Shown here: positions 1 to 12,489 of the stretch, piece after piece
How the letters are laid out: each line of letters begins with the position of its first letter
Numbering within the stretch: the stretch's first letter is position 1
From: Vicugna vicugna
Lineage: Eukaryota
Assembly (NCBI GenBank): GCA_013265495.1
Contig: MU058836.1
Location: forward strand, 868,001 to 932,000
Length of the DNA stretch: 64,000 nucleotides
Reading direction: 5' to 3'
Notes under the pieces: model-generated
Database searches by the model: none
The model's input: only the letters and a program-made list of their open reading frames with translations
Told to the model about the DNA's origin: nothing
Made by a program: the position numbers and the translations under genes

Positions 1-111
1 TCAAACTTGCTTGTTCCTCGGTTCTGATCTTGGTAACACTGTCACCTCTGGGTCCCCTTGGCTACATCGTCCCCCTGACTCCCAATCCCAAGTATTTCTT
101 TTCTTTCTTCT

Positions 112-288
112 TCTTTTTTTAAATTGAAATTTAGTTGACTTACGACATTATATTTGTTACAATACTGTATATTATGTGATGCATAATATTATAATAGCAC
201 ATTAGCTGTATAACATAGTAATTTGTTATTTTTATTGATGACACTCCATACAAAGTTATTATGAAGCATTGACTATATTTCTGTAATA
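112..288 (-). mobile_element. L1 3' end fragment
   Basis: poly(T) followed by AAATTGAAATTTAGTTGACTTACGACATTATA..., the reverse complement of an L1 3' UTR terminus. Confidence 0.7.
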
Positions 289-419
289 TGTCACTTTCTC
301 TCCAGCCCTAGGTTTGCTGATCTAGTTTTGGCCCTATTTCTCTCTCTCCACTCTTCCACTTAAAAGAAAAAAAAAACCCAAACTTAATATTCAGTTTATT
401 CTACCAATTTATATTTTGC

Positions 420-905
420 TGTATTATCACTTAGCTGAATTATTGCAAGAGCTCCCAAAGTGGCCTCCCTGCCTCCACTTTTAGCCCTTGGAGACCATTT
501 CCCACACTGCTGCCGAAAGATTATTTAGTGTGAAAATGACCTGCTGCACATCCTTCACTCTCCTACACAGCAGTGCTCAACCCTCATGAGACTGTCTGTT
601 ACTTGTGCTCCTGTTACTTGAGCCCCATCTCTTGCTGCTTCCAGCCTCCGATTTTACACCCGCCACAATGACAGCCTGTGGCTGCTTTTTGTTGCTCGCT
701 CGCTTGCTTTTACTTTCTTTTGTTTTTGCCTCTGTGCCTTTGCTTATGCTGTTCCCTCCACAGGAGATGCCCTTCCCACCCATCACTTATTGACCCAAGA
801 AGGACTCTTCCCAGAAGGGTTCCTTCGGAATCAGCTTTTCATTCCCAGCACCTGGCATGAAGACTGGCACATTGTAGAGGTGCAGTAAGTATTTCCTGGA
901 TGAGA
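420..905 (+). mobile_element. L2 LINE 3' fragment(s)
   Basis: CTCCCAAAGTGGCCTCCCTGCCTCCAC...CCCACACTGCTGCC and terminal CCCAGCACCTGGCATGAAGACTGGCACATTGTAG resemble the L2 consensus. Confidence 0.65.
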
Positions 906-2224
906 GCATTCTTGACTCACAATTCAGGCCACGGGGCCCACACACTCATTCACTCACTCACTTATTCATCTCCTGGTCTCCTGTCACCTTCACAGAGAGC
1001 CCACAGGCAGGGTGCCATTCATATGATGCACATGGGTACAGTCCAATTGCTTTTACAATATTCTATCCGTGCTGTCAATACATAGCAACTGTCCTGAGTG
1101 TCCTTCACTACACTGTCCCTTGGTCCTCCCTAGGATCCAGCAACTGACGGGTTAACTCCAGGCACTGTGGGCAACCCCCCCCCCAAGGAATCCACAGCAG
1201 TTCCCCTGCCAGGGGAGTGGATTGTTAGATGCATGGTGAACGCTCACCCCTGCCCACAGGGGAGGTCTCACGAGCCCCATTTTACATACGCAGGCCTGGG
1301 ACGGCCCCGCCAGTGCACCCAAGGGTCTTCCCAGGACACAGTCAAGCCCCCTCCTCCTGCCCCTCCTATTCTGTGTGACGTCAAGTTTCTGGGCTGGCCA
1401 AACCCACTTGAGTTTGGACAGACTCCTCTGTGCACAGAGCGAGGCTCAGGGTAGCCAAGGGTCAGAGGCTTGGGGATAGCCTCCCGAATTTCTCTAAGCT
1501 TAAAATACGACACCAAGCAACGGGGGCCTTTCTCTTCCCCCCTCACACAAATTCTGTGTGTGCGTATGTGTTGCACATTCAAGATCAGCCAAATTAAATT
1601 CAGTTTGACTCATTCAAACAAATGACACTCACATGGAGACCGTGGGGCATTTCTGGCCTGACCGTGTTATTACTTTCCTTAAGTTCTAACTTCCTGTTTC
1701 CCCGTCTCTCACCATCCAAAAAAACTGAGTCCCTTTGCCTCCACCACTGAGGGAGAGTGAGGATGCTGGAGACAGCGCAGAGCCTGGCGTTCATTGCTGT
1801 TCCTGGACATGGGGTCCAAAAGTCTACACGTAAGTAAAAATACACTTCTGTGGTCTCAGCCTGACTCTGCTTAACTTCTGGGGATCTGAAGACTTCATGT
1901 CCATCTTCTCTCTGCCCAACAAAACCCCATTCGCGGTCCTCTCATCCTCCAGAAACCAAGACCTCCTCCTAAGTCCCAATGTTGTTCCCCGGCTGCCAGC
2001 TCCTCCCCGAGTGACTTCCTACAGCACAGCCTTGGTGCCTGCCTGTCCTTCCGGAAGCCTTGGACACATGTGAGAGGTCCAGGGCAATACAGAAACGGTC
2101 ACTCTCGCTTTAGCTTGGCCCGGGGCACGTCACAAAGCAACAGCAAGCCTACAAACGTTGAAGGACCATGTGGACCAGACACCATATACTGGGTGCCAGA
2201 CACTAGTCTAAGAGAACATATGAT

Positions 2225-2729
2225 CTGTATTTCCTTGAATTTAGGACTCTTTCCCCCCCCTCATTTTTTAACATCTTTAGAACTGGGATAGGTGTTACAA
2301 TCAATGGCTGTTACAAGGCTAGTCACGATGGAAGTATTCATGCCTCACCCAACTGATTTCATAGATGAATGTATGTAACATGCACGAAAGCAATAAATGG
2401 TATTAAAACTATTTCTAAGTAAGTTCAGAAGGATTCTTTCACTAAGCATCAAATAGAAATTCCAAGTAATAAGAAGGCAAGGTGTCCCAATGTAATTGAC
2501 ACCATTTTTCTTTCTTTCTTTAAATTAATTTTTAAGAAGTATTTTTAATTTAATTTTGTTTTTTTAAATGGGGGTACTGGGGATGGAACACAGAGCCTCA
2601 TGCATGCTAAGCATGCACTCTACCACTGAGCTATTACCCTTCCCACGCCCTATTTTTTCTTTCTTAATGGTAGATAAAAGAATGGTGCATCTACAAATGT
2701 GTTGGCAGACAGCATTTGATGAAACATGG
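2225..2729 (+). mobile_element. Tc2/Kanga1 (MER104-related) DNA transposon, split by a SINE
   Basis: starts CTGTATTTCCTTGAATTTAGG...TTTTAACATCT...TTACAATCAATGGC and ends AATGGTGCATCTACAA...TTTGATGAAACATGG; termini are degenerate inverted repeats matching MER104/Kanga ends. Confidence 0.65.
2517..2644 (-). mobile_element. camelid tRNA-Ala-derived SINE (Vic-1 type)
   Basis: reverse strand reads TAGCTCAGTGGTAGAGTGCATGCTTAGCATGCATGAGG plus A-rich tail; TTTTTCTTTCTT duplicated at 2505-2516 and 2654-2665. Confidence 0.92.
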
Positions 2730-2739
2730 CATAGGAGAA

Positions 2740-3100
2740 GATGATCTCTCTTTGTCCTCAAGGGGCTTATGCTTTAGGTGGGACTTGGAAAAAAAAAAAG
2801 AGCAGTTAAACCACTGTAGCAGCAAGCGCTATGACACAGGAAGGCATCGGGTGCTGAGGGCAGGAGAGAGAGCTGAGCAGGCAAAAGGAGCCTGCGGAGG
2901 CATTAGAGGAGAGGTGGCAGGAGCGCTAAGACTCAAAAGATGCCTCGAAGCTCATCAGGCAGAGACGAGGAAGGCATTCTAACCAGCGGGAGACATGTGG
3001 CGGCAAGGATGCACAGCCCACTGGGTAAAGGATGAACACTGTTTACAGGTCAGGGGTAGGGAGTGAGGGCTCCTCCACGCAGCCAAAGGAGTTTGGAGAA
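2740..3100 (-). mobile_element. L2 fragment
   Basis: AGGCAGAGACGAGGAAGGCATTCTAACCAGCGGGAGACATG resembles the purine-rich antisense L2 motif. Confidence 0.45.
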
Positions 3101-4439
3101 GCGTATCTGCACGGTGCCGGCAGGCACGGGGACAAAAGCTGGGAGTCTGGGGAGGCACTGCTGGGAGTGGGCCAACAAAGGAAGGGTGAGGGTCTGTGTC
3201 AGGGAAGGAAGGGCAAGATGGGAAGCCAGGAGACTTGCTGGCTGTCAGAACGCTTTATCTCATCTGCTTCCCACAGCCACCCTTGGAGGTTGGAGGTAAC
3301 GTGCCCATTCTACAGTTGAGTAAACTGAGGCTTGGTGAGGCTCAGTGCTTTGGATCAAAGGTTGAGGGTGGTGAGATCAGAGTAGTACCGAGAGAAGGGC
3401 GGCTGACTGGCTGTCAGGTGGTCTCAGAAGTGGCACAGCCGTGGGGAGGACACTATGGCCAGGGGCCTGGCAGGTCTAGACACTGGATTAGCCCACCACC
3501 CAAGGCTGTTCCAACTCGCAGGGCTGGAGTCACATTATATAAGTTCTGAGATGGGGATGTGTATTTTATCATACTGGTATACACTACAGCTTAGCAGAGC
3601 ACACCATAGAATATTACAGATGGATTTACAAAGAAAATTAGAAGTGTATTCACCGTAAGTTCAATACCCTGGTTGTCAGCATTCTCTCCCTCTAGAAGAC
3701 CTGTCTGTGGGAAGCCAGGTATGACCAGAACGTTACCTGGTGGGCCTGGACCCAAGCAGACGGTCACTTATCGGCCTTTGCTCTTTAAAGGCATCAGCCC
3801 TTGATACATCCATCCACCGCTGGGAGGGGAAGGCTCAGACTGCCTTGGCAAGGCCCCCCTGTCTCCTGAACGGTGCTGGGATCTACCTCTGTGTCTCACC
3901 AACTCTGTGGAACTCTCGTTCCTCAGCTGGACGTTGGGGATGATAATAACAACCTCAGATATATTACAGACTATTACATAAAATAATTTTTAAAGGTTTG
4001 CCTATGGTGGAGTCACTCAACTACAGCTGTTACCTCATTCTCCAAAAAAATGTGAGAAGGAAAGAAAGACACCTATGGCTCCACTTCTGACCAAGGTTTT
4101 ACATAAACAAATAGTTGTGTTTAAACGTGGGGTGGGGGTGGCGGGAACACCTGTCACTATTAATTAATATGCTCACTGATTTTACTAGTGGTGATTCTTC
4201 ATTCTTAGGCTTTATTGCATAAGTGTACCTTAAAGAATAGTGGTTCCCCAAATAAAGCATTTTCTAGACCAGCGCCTTCAACCATTTGACCCGGAAACCT
4301 TCCCATCACCTTGCCAGTCCCACCTTCTCCTCCAGCTGCTCTGCTCAGGCTCAGACCTCCACACCCATCCAAAGGGAGGACTGAAGTTTTGTTCCACTGG
4401 CGAAATTGATGGTCACAATCTTCCTTAAAAACCAACTGA

Positions 4440-4650
4440 TAACAATATTAACTAAGTGAGTTCAGTCTGTGCCAGGCACCAGGGTAAGAGCTCATGTGAC
4501 TTAGCTCCTTAAATCCTCCATGATGGGTTCTGCAATAGGTATTCTCCCGACTTCACAGATGGGAAAACTGAGGACCAGAAACATTAAGACACTTGCTTGA
4601 GATCACGAGGCTGGTGTAAGCAGTGAAGTCAGGCTTTAAATGCAGTAAAC
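4440..4650 (-). mobile_element. MIR SINE
   Basis: TGTGCCAGGCAC...CACAGATGGGAAAACTGAGG core...ACTTGCTTGAGATCAC. Confidence 0.8.
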
Positions 4651-4959
4651 TTCCAGGTTCCCCAAGATTAACTACTGGGATGAATTATTCCCTCCCCTGA
4701 CAGTTGATGAGCTTACAGACAGGGAAAGACATTTAGATGAGGTGATTATAGGGGAACAGAGGGAGGCGATGAGAGCTGTCAGTCTTCCCTCCTCGCCTCC
4801 CCTGCTGCCTGTTGTCATTCCGGCTTTCACCTGCTCTCCTGCACTGTTGCTGCAGCCGAGCATCTTACAGATCCAGGTGGCCTCTCGGAGTCAATCTGCC
4901 ACCTGGACGGCCAGGGAGATCCTTCTGATAGCAAATCTCACTATTCAACCATATCATCC

Positions 4960-5680
4960 CAAAACAGACAAAGGAGTAGGGCAAGTATACATTCTTCAAT
5001 GAATGGTGCCGGACTACTAGCCATGGTTCAGGAAAACATATTTACACACACACAGACCTACCCGCGCATGCACGACTGAAACCCTACCTTAATAACTTAT
5101 GCAAAATAAACTCCAAGCGATGTAAATAAAGATAACAAATGTAACCGTATTTAGAAAAATATATAACCATTTTTATCATTTTGAAATGGCAAGAGCTTTC
5201 CTAAGTATTTTGTAAGAATACAGAAGTTCTAACAGACGGGCAGATTTTACTGTATAAACATTTAAAATTTATTTATGTAGGGGAGAAACCCCACAAATAA
5301 AATTAAAGGAGAAACACCAAATATTGTGGGAAATAGCTGCAATGTTTGTAACAATTGAAAAGTTAGTACCCTTGCTCCATAGAAACTTCTCTCACAATTG
5401 TAAGAAAAATTTAATTACAGCATGGACAAAAGAAGAAATAAAAATGACCAATCAACAGATTTTTTCAAGTTTAGCTTTATTACTGATCAAAGAGATTAGT
5501 GAAACAAGACAGTATTTTTCACCAATCACATTGACAAATGGGGCATGTGTGTACGTCTGGGGTGGGAGTGTATGTTGATCCAAACTTTCTGGAGGACAAT
5601 TTTGCAACTTGAACCTGTAGAGAAATAAAAGTGAGCATAACGTTGAGTTTTTGGAATTCATCTTGGGGACATATTTAAGA
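4960..5680 (+). mobile_element. old L1M (ORF2 3' region) fragment
   Basis: TTCAATGAATGGTGC, AACCCTACCTTAATAACTTATGCAAAATAAACTCCAAG and ACTTTCTGGAGGACAATTTTGCAA match degraded L1 ORF2. Confidence 0.7.
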
Positions 5681-6168
5681 GGCGTCAGAAAGCTTTGGAT
5701 CTTTGGATGAGAATTACATGTTGTTTGCAGTATGTGCCTGTTTCTCCAGGAGCTCATGAGGGAGACTTACCCGGGTCAGAAAGGATGGTGTGCACAGGCT
5801 GCAGCAAAGGGTCAAGCGGAAAATAGCTCAGGGAGTGTGTGATGTCTGGGTGAAGGGACAGAATGAAGGAAAAGAATAAATAGAGGTCTGTGTGTGCTTT
5901 GCAGCCAGCACCCTCCCACTCCAGCCCACTCCCCTGGGAGCTGGGGAGACAGAAAAATTAGGGCAAATCCTGTTAAAAATTCAGTGGCTGGACCAATATT
6001 TACCACCCCTGGCAGTGTAGCAGAGCCACGTCACAGAGTCTGCAACACTGGGCATCACCTGACTTTCCACGTTAGCCGTTACCACAAGAGTTCAGAGGTG
6101 TCTCATGGTAGTTTTAATCTGCATTTCCCTTGGGCACCTTTTCATATGTTTATTGGCTATTTGGACAT

Positions 6169-6200
6169 TGTGTGTGTGTGTGTGTGTGTCTGTATGTGTG
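6169..6200. repeat. (TG)n microsatellite
   Basis: direct reading. Confidence 0.9.
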
Positions 6201-6607
6201 AAGTGCCCAGTCAAGTTTCTCCTTCTGTGCATTTATTTTCCTTCGGTCATCTTTTTGTCATTGAAGTGTAGGAGTTCTGTATACACTCTGTTTACAAGTC
6301 ATTTGCTGGATATATTTTTGCTAATACCTTTTTTCAATCAAGGCTCCATGTTTTCATTTCCTAATGGTGTCTTTTGAGGAACCATTCCTATTTTTAAAGT
6401 AGTCCAATTTATCCATTTTTTTCCCTTTATGATTAGTGATTTTTATGTCCTATTTGTAAGAATTTTGCCTGCTTCAAGTCATATTCATATTCTAGTGAAC
6501 TACAAATATATATATTTTTACAAAGCTTTATTCGCTTTTTAACATTTAGATCTATAAGCCATCTGAAATTGATTTTAATGTGTGGTTAAAAAGGTTTTTT
6601 TTCCTAT

Positions 6608-6733
6608 AGTGAAAAAGAATATAATATATATATAGTTTATATTATATATATATATATATAATATAAAACACTGAATCACCATGCTGTATACCAGAGACTA
6701 ACACAACATTGTAAATTGACTAAATTTCAAAAG
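6608..6733 (+). mobile_element. younger artiodactyl-type L1 3' end with (TA)n, inserted in the old L1
   Basis: GAAAAAGAATATA...ACTGAATCACCATGCTGTATACCAGAGACTAACACAACATTGTAAATTGACTA. Confidence 0.85.
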
Positions 6734-7035
6734 ACATTTTTTTCCGTGTTTATCCAATTGATCCGGCACCATTTATTGAAAACATCACTCTTTCCCCTCT
6801 ACACTGCAATGTCACCTGTATCATAACTCAGATAACATCTATTTGTGAACCTATTTCTGAATTCTCTCCTCCAAGCCATAGGCCTATATGTGCCCAAAAC
6901 ACCTTGTCTTAATTCCTGTAGTTTTATCGTATGTAGCAGTGTAAGACCTCCAGCTTTGTTCTTCAAGATTATCTTGGATATTCTTTGGCCTTTTGAATTT
7001 CTACATAAATTTTAGAAGCAGCATGTCAATTTCCA

Positions 7036-7550
7036 CAACCACCTTAAAAAAAAAACTGGCCGTATCCACGAAGGCTGAACAATAGTACTCCTCGGTAAAT
7101 ACTTAACAGAAGGAACTGTCCAAGAATGTCCATAACGACTTGTTCATCTAAGAGCTCCAAATCAGAAACAACCCACTTGTCCATCAGTAGGAGAATGGAT
7201 GAATAAGTAACCGCACAGCCAGGGTGGAATGCCTGGGCAGCAAATGAGAAACAATTAACCAGCGCTTCACAGAACGGCGTGGTTAAATCTCACAAGCACA
7301 GTGTTTCATACGATAAGCCAAGAACCAAGAGGGCGCATATTTTGAGTCCATTTATACAAAGTTCAAAAAAAACAAGCAAAGTAAATGTCCAGCGTTAGAA
7401 GTTAGGGGCATCATGTTTTGGGGGGAAGGAAGGGTCATGGTGCAGAACTTCTGAGGGGCTGCATACATTTTCTCTCACATTGTGAACATGCAAACCTTTG
7501 TGATATGCACCTTTTTGTATGTGCATCACACTTCAATAAAAAGTTTACTT
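7036..7550 (+). mobile_element. L1ME-type 3' end
   Basis: GAAACAACCCACTTGTCCATCAGTAGGAGAATGGATGAATAA, TCCATTTATACAAAGTTCAAAAA, ending CACTTCAATAAAAAGTT. Confidence 0.85.
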
Positions 7551-8599
7551 AGAAATTAACTTGATGCCAATAACATAGATGCAAGACTTACTGTGTGCAG
7601 GGAAATTGGTCCTGCCTGAGTTGGGGGTAAATATTAGGACAAATATAAATACAACGTGATTACTGCCTTGGGGGGAGTTCAGGGTTTGTGGGGGTTGGTG
7701 GTTAAAAGTCTGAGGCACCAGCCTCTCAAATGTTACAAAGCATTGTGGGAGCAAGAGGACCACTCAATCAGCCTTGCCTGGGGGTAGGGGAAGTTCTGTT
7801 GGTGATTGAGTGTTAAGTAGGATTTCAACTACTGTAGTCAAGGAGCTGTTAGTGTTTTTGAGGCCAGGAAATAGAAACAGAGGAAACTAATGTGGCAAAT
7901 TGTATTTTTAATTTGCAACAAGGTTAAAGTTTAATTTAAGGCCTGACGAATTTCCTTGGAACTCTGGAGCCAGAGGTATGTTGTAATTGGGATGGCTCAC
8001 ATGAAAAAATTCTTAAAATCTCTATTTAGTAAGAATATCAATACATGGAAGGCTTTATCCTCTATTCTTAGTTCCACTGAACAAGTTACTAACCAATGTC
8101 ATTGGTTAGATGTGGCTTCACCAACAAAGTAGTGAAATGTAGTTGTATTTGTTTAAAAAAACAAAAAACAAAACCCCAGAAAACCCACATTTCTCTGGAT
8201 CGTAAGGAGCTGCCAAAGTAGGAATCTGCTCATAGGTAAGTTAGGGTAAACGCTGGATACTATGAAGCAACCAGGGAGAGGAGATGGAATATTCCGTCTA
8301 ATCGTTGGCAATTTGAGGAAGTCCCAAAGGACCAAATGTTCTGGAAGAAATTTTGTGTAGTAAGAACGTCCCCAAATTAAACCTCTCAGCTAATGCAGGC
8401 CTTCTGGAACCCCCTGGCTTCATGAAGGATAGTTTGATTGCTTCCTTACAAATGTAAACCAACTCAGTTCCACCGAGCAGGGGTGCGAGCCAGGCAGGGG
8501 AGGACCCAGTTCCCTGCACAATGGACTGGTTCCGCACAGTTTCCAAGCTACTTTGTTGCAAAGTATCTCAGCCCTGTGGAAAAAGTGTGTAATGGAAAG

Positions 8600-8825
8600 G
8601 ACTCTGGGGGGAGGACAGATAAGGGTTCCAACCCCGCCTTGGCCATTTGCAGGTTCCATGGCCTTGGGATGTCGCATCGCAACTTCCCAGAGCCTCAGTT
8701 TCCTTTTCTGAAAAATGAGGGTCAGAACCTACACCTTGAATCACGCGTCCCTGGTGAGAATGAACTCGAATATTTTGAAGTCTCTTAGCACAGAGTCTGG
8801 CACCTCACAGGCCTTCACTCCATTA
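8600..8825 (+). mobile_element. MIR SINE
   Basis: GGGTTCCAACCCCGCC...GAGCCTCAGTTTCCTTTTCTGAAAAATGAGG...TAGCACAGAGTCTGGCAC. Confidence 0.8.
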
Positions 8826-8924
8826 TCATAATATTATTATTTTCCCAATGCTTTCTGGCTGATGTCATGCTGGACAATAAACGCCGCGTTGAGCATCTCC
8901 TTTCTAGGTCACTGTGTCCACAGT

Positions 8925-9050
8925 TAGGGTTCATACTGTGATTCCATTTATACAAAGTTCAAAAAACAAGCAAAGCGAACACAGGCTGTGAGAAGTCAGG
9001 AAAGTCATGTCATGTGGGGAGGAGGGGGTCACGGTGCAGGCTTTCGGGAC
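8925..9050 (+). mobile_element. L1ME 3' UTR fragment, near-copy of 7335-7455
   Basis: TCCATTTATACAAAGTTCAAAAACAAGCAAAG...AGAAGTCAGG. Confidence 0.75.
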
Positions 9051-9221
9051 GTCCCCTCTTCCACTTTGCAGATTAGGTGTATATATTCATAAGCCAAGTC
9101 ACATGTTCCCTGGGAGCTGGGCTCAGGCTGCAGGCAAACAATGGGAAACTGGCAATTAGACCAGGAGTAAGATGGACCCTCGGGTGGGTCTGTCTCTGCC
9201 ACTAGCCTTGAAAACTCAACC

Positions 9222-9482
9222 ATAGTGTGTTCTGAACTTTTTAAAAAACAGTAACCCACCAGGAGAGATACATTTTGTATTGACCTCAGTATAAATGACC
9301 AAGTGATGGATGAAATACAGGTTTTGTAAGATCATCCTTCTTAATTGCAATCCCCTCAGAGAGTTTATATTCAAAACTCTTCTATTTCCCTTAAAAAAAA
9401 AACCACACACATTGGTTAGAACCCACTGCATTGATTTTTATGACTTACCATTGGATTCAAATTTGCAGTTTGAAAAACACTG
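9222..9482. mobile_element. ancient hAT-Charlie-type MITE
   Basis: ends ACCCACTGCATTGATTTTTATGACTTACC...GCAGTTTGAAAAACACTG; starts TAGTGTGTTCTGAACT, a degenerate inverted repeat of that end. Confidence 0.55.
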
Positions 9483-9679
9483 CTCTCATCCAGTCCCTCC
9501 AATTACAGATGAGGACATTGAGGCACAGAGAGGGGAGAGGGAGTTGCTTAAGGACAGTGGTGGCTGAAACAGGATGAAATCAGATGTGTGGACCCCAAAG
9601 CTCTGCCTATTTCCACAAACCACTGCACCCAGGTGTGTGAAGCCGTGGCGCTCCTAACACGATGGGCTGGGAGGGACAT

Positions 9680-9733
9680 TTCCTTCCTTCCTTCCTTCCT
9701 TCCTTCCTTCCTTCCTTCCTTCCTCCCTCCCTT
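9680..9733. repeat. (TTCC)n microsatellite
   Basis: direct reading. Confidence 0.95.
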
Positions 9734-10709
9734 TCCATGATCAAAAAGATTGACAAAGACTCCGAGGTACCACCTTTTCAGGAGCAGGCCTACGGCTAGA
9801 AGACACTTGGATTTTTTTCCCCTGGAGCTGAGAGTCCCGCCTTCACCTGCCAAGTGTAAGCAGCACCCAAGCTGTGGTCAGGAGAACTGGCCGTTCTTTC
9901 CAAAGAACTGAGCGGTTCAAGATCTTGTCCTGCTTTCTGCAAACAGCGGGCAGCAGTTTGTCAACCTGCCCCGCTGGCCTGCTGCTGTTTGCTCGAGAAG
10001 GATGTCAGACCTGGCGGGCCAGTCTTTGCGGTGATAGCAGGGAGGGCTGGGGAGAGTCTCAAGGGCTGTTTCTGTGGTGGGTTTCCCTGGAGGTCGCACT
10101 GTCACCTCTACAGGGACGGAAAGCCTGGACTCAGCCTTAGATGGAGCTTCTGAACCCCTCCTCCGTGCTCCCGGAGGAGGTCGTGCTAGTTTAGCACCCT
10201 TTCTTTACTCTGCTTTGTTAGTTATTCCCGTTCTAGTCCTGTCTACCCCACGAGACTTATATACGGAGAATCTTGTTCGCCCTGCTGCGGGGCTTGGCCC
10301 AGTCAATGTGGGTTGAATCAAAGTGAGTGTGTGCTGTTTCCCAAGAATTTGTTTCCCTGGAGCCAGATTTTGTCTTTGTCTTTTTTTTTTTTTTTTAATT
10401 CAGGGAAGAACATGGACTTTTGGCCTCATATCCTCGCCTGCACCAAAGCCCAGACATCAGATCTAAGCCGCTTTGTCTAACCAGCAGGTTTATGCCTAAA
10501 AGTTACACGAGGCTGCCGTTGCTCAAACTTAGAGGTTTCTGCTGTGGCCAGGACCTCTTGGACCCACTGCTACCTACACCTTGGCCTTGGCTGCCAAACG
10601 CTTTGACTGAAATGCTGGATATTCTGCCCCACTTTGTGTGCGTGCACAAGCCTGTCAGCTGGGGGAGGGGGGCATGGCTTATCTGCCCCTTACTCATCTT
10701 CTCATCATT

Positions 10710-11170
10710 AGCAATTTGCTCCTTTATTCTTGAATACTCCTTGAGTGCCTTGTCTTTGTTCCATTGCTGGAGATCCAGTGGCCAAGTGAGCCAGCTAAGG
10801 TCCTTGATCGGATGGTGTTTATATTCTAGGGGAAGAAAGCCATAAACATGGAAACAAATGAGATAATTTTAGATAGTGTGTAAGTGTTATAAAGAAAAGA
10901 AAAGAAAGAAAAAGGATAATGAGATAGAATGATCGGGGAGGGGTTCTGGAAGGAGATAACACTGATCAGAGACCTGAAGGGTCTGGCCCAGGTGCAAGGA
11001 ACCTGGGGAAGTGAGAGTCAGCTGCTGGCTCGTGATGCTGGAGGAGATGCTGGCGGGGGAGGAAGATGAGAGCCCACCTTACCCTGAGTTCCTCCGATAT
11101 TCAGGGAGACGATCTTATTAGGTCCCTAGGATGGAGCGTGGATTTTATTTCAACTGCAGTGGAAATCCAA
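10710..11170 (-). mobile_element. L2a fragment
   Basis: TTGAGTGCCT...GCTGGAGATCCAGTGG...TTATATTCTAGGGGAAGA...TGGATTTTATTTCAACTGCAGTGGAAA. Confidence 0.75.
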
Positions 11171-11569
11171 CACCTTCTGACTTTTCTCCCTGCAAGCTGC
11201 ACAATTCTGTCTCTACCTGCCTAAGACTTACAGTCTTGAAGACCTCAGAGACAACTGCAGTATTTCAGGACAAAGTTTGTTTCATCTTTCAAATTAAATA
11301 TATATATGACAAAACTGTATTCTTTGTGCAAGCAGCATTATGACAAGAGCTGACGACAAGAAAAACAATCACTTCCCCTCTCTCCACCATAACCAACAAG
11401 ACATCTCTTCTTCCGCATGACGGTTCAGTCCTTGCCAACATGTCTACCGTTTATATATTTCATTAAGTGACCGACCCACGGTATGGAGCAAAATATAAAT
11501 AATTTACCAGTTAATACTTCTGTCTTCCTTTCTCCAACCCACCTACCTACTGAAACTAACCTTGTTAAC

Positions 11570-11790
11570 TATTGCAGGGAGCCAGGCATTGTGTGAATTG
11601 TTTTAAGCACATTATCTCGAATAATCAGCATGACAATCTTGTGAGGTAAGTGCTATTATTATTCTCCTTTTACAGAGGAAAAACCGGAGGCTCAGAAAGA
11701 TTAAATAAATTGCCTAAGATTATGCAAATTGTCAACACTAGTGACGCAGGCGGGATTCAAACCTAGAAATCTCAAATCTACCATGCTCTT
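11570..11790 (-). mobile_element. MIR SINE
   Basis: TTTTACAGAGGAAAAACCGGAGGCTCAGAAAGATTAAATAAATTGCCTAAGAT...GGGATTCAAACCTAG. Confidence 0.85.
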
Positions 11791-12489
11791 GACCGTCATC
11801 CAGGCCCCTTCCCTGCGGCTCCATCAATTACAGGAAGACCCCTCCAATCAGATTCTTTTAAAAGGAACTTCTGCTTCTGCCTAGTGGGGCGGAGAGATGG
11901 ACTGCCACTGGGTCTCCTTCATATTCATCTCACACACTTAACTGAAAATAATGCTGATCATTAACATATGTACAGCTTGGTAAATAGTTAAATGTTTACC
12001 AACGTCTTGCAAATATATGACCTCACTTGATGCTCCCACAGTAACCATGTGGCAAGGGCTTTCTCAGTATGTCTGGTTGACAGGTGACAAGGGAGGACGG
12101 GGAGTTGAAGTGACCAGCCCGAAGTTACCCAGACTGCAGGAGGTTGGTGTTGCAAACCAGGAGGACGAGGGTGGGTGGGGATGGTCTATGGCGCATCCTA
12201 TGGGCATATATTTTCTTCCTTGTCTGGGGATCTTCCCGTGGTGGAGGAGTTCCACGGGAGGGGAGGTAGGAGTAAATGTTCTCAGTCGGCTTCTGTATAA
12301 AGCGTTAATGCTTTTGAGTGCCCCAAGGCTTGCCCCAGACTCCTGACTTTTGGAAGCTATTCGCCATGTCCTGTATCACCATCTCCCCAGGAATGCTGTG
12401 AAGTAATGCGGGCATCTTGCATCTAAAGCAAGCCAGATGGGTTAAGGCAAAGGTGCTTGATTTGCAGTCCTCGTGTATAGCTCACGGGG

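Larger units (their letters stand above)
5980..7035 (-). mobile_element. old L1M ORF2 segment (inverted 5' part of a twin-primed L1)
   Basis: TCTCATGGTAGTTTTAATCTGCATTTCCCT, TATCCAATTGATCCGGCACCATTTATTGAAA and CTACATAAATTTTAGAAGCAGC are antisense L1 ORF2 motifs. Confidence 0.85.
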
